A DNA stretch of 64,000 nt, taken from NCBI GenBank assembly GCA_963693365.1, contig CAVNZM010000012.1:6274889-6338888 (forward strand), read 5' to 3'. Position 1 is the stretch's first letter, and every line of letters starts with the position of its first letter. The notes beneath the pieces are model-generated. The model saw nothing but the letters and a program-made list of their open reading frames with translations. It made no database searches and was not told where the DNA came from. The position numbers and the translations under genes are program-made. Origin of the DNA: Amoebidium appalachense (taxonomy: Eukaryota; Protista; Ichthyosporea). This document shows positions 50,177-64,000 of the stretch, piece by piece.

Positions 50177-51478
50177 ACGTACGCGCGAGCCTCCACAAAT
50201 GCACATGCACACATGTACACACGGATACCCATCGGTTCACAAAGCAAGAGATGTCAATGTCACCGTCAACTTCTATACCTCCCATACACCCTTCTCCCCT
50301 CCCTCCCCCCCTCCCCCCCCCCCCCCCCCCCCCCTACCCACACCAACCACCACCACCACCACCATCTTCACCCCTCCCTCTCCCCCTCCCCCTCCCCCCC
50401 ACCAACCCACCTACCCACCTACCCAATCCATATACACACACCCCATATACGTGATGTGTTACATAACCTTTGCCCCCCCCTCCCCCCCCCCCCCCCCCGA
50501 CGGGGGGCTTCCTAGAAGCCCCGTCTCCTGAGTTCCTATCTATATTTTTCTTGCTTCTGCTTACTGCTGCAACTTTAACCCCCGGCCTTTCCCACTGCCC
50601 TTGCCTGCATAAGCAACCCTGCTCGTCTCTGATCAAGACGGGTGACCTACTCATGTTCAAGTGAAACAGTATCTGAGTTGGGTTTCGTTAACGAGGGGAA
50701 TAGGTCGAAACTCGGGTACTGTGGATGACGTGGGCCCCCCCTGAGGATGGGCTCTGCTTATTATGCATACTCTTTATGTATGGCTTGCATTCTGCATCGT
50801 GTTATCCGTTTGTTCTTGTGTACTTCGTACTTTTTGACGCATTCAAAACCCCCCCCCCCCCCCCCCCTTTACTTCCATGCAACCGGGCATGGTTGCTCTG
50901 TGTCGTGCATCTGTAAGCACATACGTGTTTGTCGCTGCACTGCATTAGTTTGCACACACATCTTCACCGTTTTGCTCACCTTGCTTGCATAAGCAACCCT
51001 GCTCGTCTTTGATCAAGACGGGTTGACCCACCCAAGTTCAGTTGATGCTGCTGTCTGAGTTGGAGCGTCGTATATACGCGGGCTAAGGGGTCGAAACTCA
51101 GACGCAATTGATGACTTGGGCCCTCCCTGAGGATGGGCTCTGCTTATGACGCATACTGTGCGCATGGCTGATGCTGCATACTTGAATGTTTGCCTTTGCA
51201 TGTGTCTTGCACCATGCTTCTCATCGTGTATGCGTACTTCGTACTGTGTTCCGCATTCAAACCCCCCCCCCCCCCCCCCCCCCCCCCCAGCCACCCATCC
51301 ACCCACCAACCCTACCTTCCTGTCCACCCATGCAACCCTTTCTTTTCTCACGTCCTTTCGTGTTACCTCTAAACGACCAGTACTACTCCTCCTCCATCCT
51401 TGCGTGGTTCCGATGCCAACCTAATTAATATATTGATCCATATCTGTCCTATTACTTGCTCACTATTCGTTCCCGCTC

Positions 51479-51521
<43 letters not shown>

Positions 51522-52385
51522 CCCTCTTGCTCCCAGAGGATGCTAACGTTTGTCCTTTGAGACGATATGAGATATATTGCTCTCTCTCTACACTGTCCTT
51601 GGTCACTCCTACCCCTTCCCACTTACACTTCATCTCGTATCATCCTATCATCCATACCTCTATATTGAAAGTGACCCCAAATCCCCCCCCCCCCCCCCCC
51701 CCCCCCCCCCCATTCCTCTCCCATCTCACTTCCCCCCTCCCCCCGTCCCCCCCCTCCCCCCCCCCCACAGATTGCCGGGGAGGCGCTAGACCACACCCTT
51801 GGCACCACTATTGGTCTGTCCACTATGGCGGCTGCAGGGTTCGGAAACATGTTCTCGGTGAGTGCTTGTCCCCCCCCCCCCCCTCCCCCCTCCCCGTGTT
51901 GCCCCCCTCCTGGCCCTCCTTGCGATTTGTTTTGTGGGCACGGTGAAAATGGAAGTAGGCAAGGGAGGGATGTGATGCCCATTCTTGCGGTAAGGTTGCT
52001 GGTTACACAATAGGGGTATATATGCTTGTCAAACACCGGTGGGAAATAACAGAATTATACTGCCTTGCAGGCCCTGAGGATGGGCTCTGCTCAATATGCA
52101 TACTCTTGATGTGTGCTTGGCACACTGCGTTGTGTTGTCCTTTAGGAGTGTGTATTTCATACGTTAGATTCTGACCCAACCTCTCCCGGCCCCTTCACAA
52201 TATCACCAGCTCTTTGTTCCCCCCTCCCCCCCCCCCCCCCCCTCTCCCCCTCTCCCCAGACATCCGTTCGCTCACCTGCCCATCCACCATATCACCCCCC
52301 TCCCCCCCCCCCCCTTCTTTTTTTTTTCCTCCCTCCCTCCTCCTCCCCCCCCGTCCCCACGCACACATTTAAGCACACGTGCAGG

Positions 52386-52462
<77 letters not shown>

Positions 52463-52654
52463 ACGCAGGACATGATCGGCACCGGCTTCAGTGGGTTGAT
52501 CCAATCGTTTGCCGACAAGTTGCGTCTGCCGCAACCTAATCTTACGCGAGAACAGGTGGCACATCCTAAGGTCCGATTGGTCAATACGGTGTCGTGCATC
52601 ATCGGTATCTCCACAGGATGCCTTATTGGAATGTTCCCGTTGTTGCTGTATTGA
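46604..52654 (+). CDS. TMEM65: Transmembrane protein 65 homolog (mitochondrial), ~236 aa, 4 exons
   Basis: Exons 46604-46928, 49780-49892, 51771-51857 and 52469-52654 (711 nt). Basic, hydroxylated N-terminal presequence; family signatures [34 protein letters not shown] and [14 protein letters not shown]. Confidence 0.9.
48683..48965 (+). mobile_element. Structured intronic element, full-length copy A (SINE-like / candidate ribozyme)
   Basis: Near-identical to 50963-51261 apart from a ~17-nt internal deletion; several long stems; ends CATTCAAA + C-run; TMEM65 intron 1, sense. Confidence 0.85.
50599..50848 (+). mobile_element. Structured intronic element, diverged near-full-length copy C
   Basis: Same architecture as copies A/B with compensatory changes in the stems; a different 3'-half subfamily shared with 33294, 52071 and 62342; ends CATTCAAAA + C-run. 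Confidence 0.8.
50963..51261 (+). mobile_element. Structured intronic element, full-length copy B
   Basis: TTCACCGTTTTGCTCACC...CCGCATTCAAA + C-run; TMEM65 intron 2, sense. Confidence 0.85.
52071..52175 (+). mobile_element. 5'-truncated copy of the structured intronic element
   Basis: GCCCTGAGGATGGGCTCTGCTCAATATGCATACTC...ATTCTGAC; TMEM65 intron 3, sense. Confidence 0.75.
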
Positions 52655-53249
52655 GCCAATAGGGTTAAAGATTTAAAATGGGGACCAATGAGATGTATTT
52701 ATTTGTTGAAACTTATGATGCCTGCAACGTACAGTCTTGCCGTTGTGACCACTTGTGTGGTATTTAGTTGGCCAGTGGATGGAGAGGGTTAAAAGGATTA
52801 GCGTGGTTAGGATTGGCGCAGGGCACATAATGCATGTATAGTTGGCCAGAGGAAAAGGGATGTAAATGATCATTGAGGGGCTTTAGGCTGTGTGTTCTGT
52901 GACGATTTGTCACTGAGGTTAGAGAGCATATAGTTATTCGGGGGAAAGGTAGTGATATTGTCAGCCAATAGGACAGGGGGGTTAAAGCTACATCAATTGC
53001 ATCAGATTGATAAGGGCATGTCGTGTAAAAATGTTCTTCGTTCCGCCTCATAGTACTTTAGAGCGTGATTGTCTCCTCCTGCCCCTCCCCCTTCTGTGCT
53101 TCCCCCAGGACAATCATGCGCGCCCGGGCACACACACACACACGCACACGCACACGCACACGCACATACTAGACTCCAATACCCTTCCCCTACCACGAGA
53201 TGAGGATTTTTTTTTCCGGAAGAAAAATTTTCTTTCTTCCCCCCCCCCT

Positions 53250-53284
<35 letters not shown>

Positions 53285-54845
53285 TGCGAGTGTGTGTGTG
53301 TTCGGGGGGAAAGGGGGGGGGGGGGGGGGGGGAGGGGGGGGTATAATGTAATGGTAATATGGGAATTTAGAGGTTGTCCCACATCTTTTTCTGAAGGTGA
53401 CAAAAGGGCCTTATATAGATATTTTGTGACCCACTGAAATAAATAACAATCGACAACACGTTAGTGTATTGACAAGCTACAATAGAACATTATTCGTCTC
53501 TAGCGTAGCTATAGCACTATGGTATATCCGGTACCTGCATATTGCCGGCATGGACAACGTGTGGGGCCACCCCATCCACCAAAGATCTCACTACATACAT
53601 GTAGTTACAGCCATACTAGCCCCAAATTTTGGCCCCCCACGGTGGCGGAAGACTACATCGAGATGACGTAACCAAATGGTCTACGCGATATAGACTATAG
53701 AATGTGGCCGCCACCATGGTGGGGCCTCACAAGGATTCTAATTGAAAAACTATCCAGGTTTTCATTGGCTTGTATTGTGCGGGAGCGGCAGGCCTTTTTT
53801 TTTTTTTTTTTGCACATCTTTTAGTCCGCCGGTCACTCAGGGCATCACACTCGACTCAGACCTGGGATCTGACTCATCCTAGGCATCATTCATGTACTGG
53901 CCCAATTTAACGACTAAAAAAAAGCCAGGTTACATCTCTAGAGATCTGCTATTTACAGCATCTAATCGAATCCAAAACTTCACTATGAACTTACCATATC
54001 ACAACTCACACGTTACGGTCATATACAAACTACTCTCGGTTGATCAAACAAACGTCACAGTGCTCAAAGAAAACTCAAGAGCAAGATGCGCAACCATACA
54101 ACAAAACCTACAAAACGACAAACCAAACCATCACGTCAAGCAAAATCATTTCGAATACAAGACTCATTAAAAAAAAACTCGTTATATCTCCACATCTGAT
54201 GTATCGCCTAGCATAATAGATATAACTGTCCGATAGCTTACAATGTTGAAGCGACGAGGCCAGCACCCCGGGAGAGGGGGGGGGGGGGAGGGGGGGGGGG
54301 GGGGGGGAGGGGGGGAGGTCAACAATACAAATGAATTAAACCAAACCTACAAAACGAATTTCCATTTACTTGCCCACTGCGAACGGGGATGGCTACCGAT
54401 TAGAACTCTAGATCTTAAATAAAACTAGCACGCAGATCATACGTTGTATATCCCTACTGAGTTGGGGTGAAGTACATCGGGCCTGGTATCGACCTTTGTA
54501 TTACATATCCTCAAATTGCTGTTCACAATAAAAAAAAGGCACTTACCTAGTTATTCAACTGCGTTATCATAAAGATTAACCGAGCAAAAAAAAAAAAAAA
54601 GAGGTTCTTGCGTGCATACATACAAAAAGATTCCTGAACACCGCTTGTGTGTGTGTGAATGTGTGCGTGTGTGTTGAGGGAGGGGTGGATGAGGAGGGCG
54701 GGGTTGTGTGTGTGGGTGGGTGCGAGTGTTTAACCATGTTAATGTGTGTGTGTGTGTGTGTGTGCGGTGGGTGTGTTTTGAGGGATCAGTGGTGTGTGTG
54801 TGTGTGTGTGTTGTGTGTATCAACGGGGGTGGGGGGGGGGAAGGG

Positions 54846-54896
<51 letters not shown>

Positions 54897-54963
54897 ACTG
54901 GTGGCCAGTGTTGGTGGTCGACAAAACACTTGCATAAAATCTCGTGCGGGCCAATCATGGGCA

Positions 54964-63085
<8,122 letters not shown>

Positions 63086-63835
63086 GGCAAGGGTCGTTGG
63101 CGGGAATGAACGAATAACAACCAGCACCGATACCAGACGTTCCTTTATGAAAAGAACTTGGTGAAAGAACTGAAACACGGGCTAACCCTAAACGACTACC
63201 CGGAAAACGGCCTGTGGGTAAACTGGGTAAGCAAAGGAGTTTTACACTTTGACAGGTGGAAACATGTAAGCACAGATCTAGCCCAGTTCGGCGAGCTGTT
63301 TGTATACAGAAATAATAAAACCAGGAGTTGCACAGCCTGTGCAATATGCGTTTCACAGCCCATGAACAGGTGGTATTGGTATTGCACAACTTATGAGAAG
63401 AACAATACCTATTAGGCTAACCAAAGAGATAAGGTATAGTAGAGAAGGGTTGCAGTTTCAGTTCACAACTATCAGGACGCTGGAATTATAACGTCTCACT
63501 GTTACCAAGACCTGAAAAAAACATGCGTTGTACAGGCCTACAATACAAAGAGCAACCAACATGTTTTTGTTTCATGTTTGTTTTTTTTGTTGCGTGCGTC
63601 AGAGTCACAGGAGTCGCGAGTGGAATTGGTAAAAACCCTTTTTTGGAGATAACAAACTACGCCTGATTGGTTGTGGTTAAAATCTCCCCAGTTGCTGATA
63701 AGCTGCACAAAACTTTCTCATATCGTCACTGTTGTTGTTCTTATCATGTGAAGTAGTTAGCAATAGAACTACTTTTTGTAAGGATTTTTCAGGATTAAAA
63801 AGAAGGAGGGGAAAGTTAAACGTTTGACAGTATAT

Positions 63836-63880
<45 letters not shown>

Positions 63881-64000
63881 ACACACACAACACTCCGTTG
63901 AAGTTCGAACACCGGCACGGTCTCACTTTCACACGTACACAAGGCACCGACGCCATGGGCCTCCCTCATTTTGTTTGTGGCTGAATTGTGACCCAGTACT

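Overview
Eukaryotic nuclear DNA: GT-AG spliceosomal introns, about 7 genes in 64 kb, and introns packed with (CA)n, poly-C and (CT)n. The style resembles a unicellular opisthokont, but the taxon cannot be determined from the sequence alone. Gene models were assembled by hand from splice sites and frame continuity: (1) class I SAM methyltransferase (-, 4 exons, GC-AG first intron); (2) a ~1093-aa secreted protein with 3 PAN/Apple domains and 6 bacterial-type SdrD-B/CnaB-like domains (+, 11 exons); (3) an intronless F-box/LRR protein (-); (4) a frameshifted coiled-coil/BTB/beta-propeller gene (-); (5) RhoGAP (-, 10 exons); (6) TMEM65 (+, 4 exons); (7) an alpha-arrestin-like protein with a PPxY motif (-). 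Nearly all other ORFs in the track are microsatellite artefacts. The most interesting signals are non-coding. (a) A ~280-300-nt dispersed element (3 full-length or nearly full-length and 6-7 5'-truncated copies) is always sense-oriented in introns and usually ends at a C-run. Its 5' half shows compensatory base changes, a pseudoknot, and all three hammerhead-ribozyme core strands in a non-circularly permuted order. (b) Four ultra-short (37-58 bp) CAAGGCCTCCTA palindromes with 8-bp TSDs lie upstream of genes and look like P-element-type excision scars or mini-MITEs. All calls are by eye; no searches or folding programs were run.
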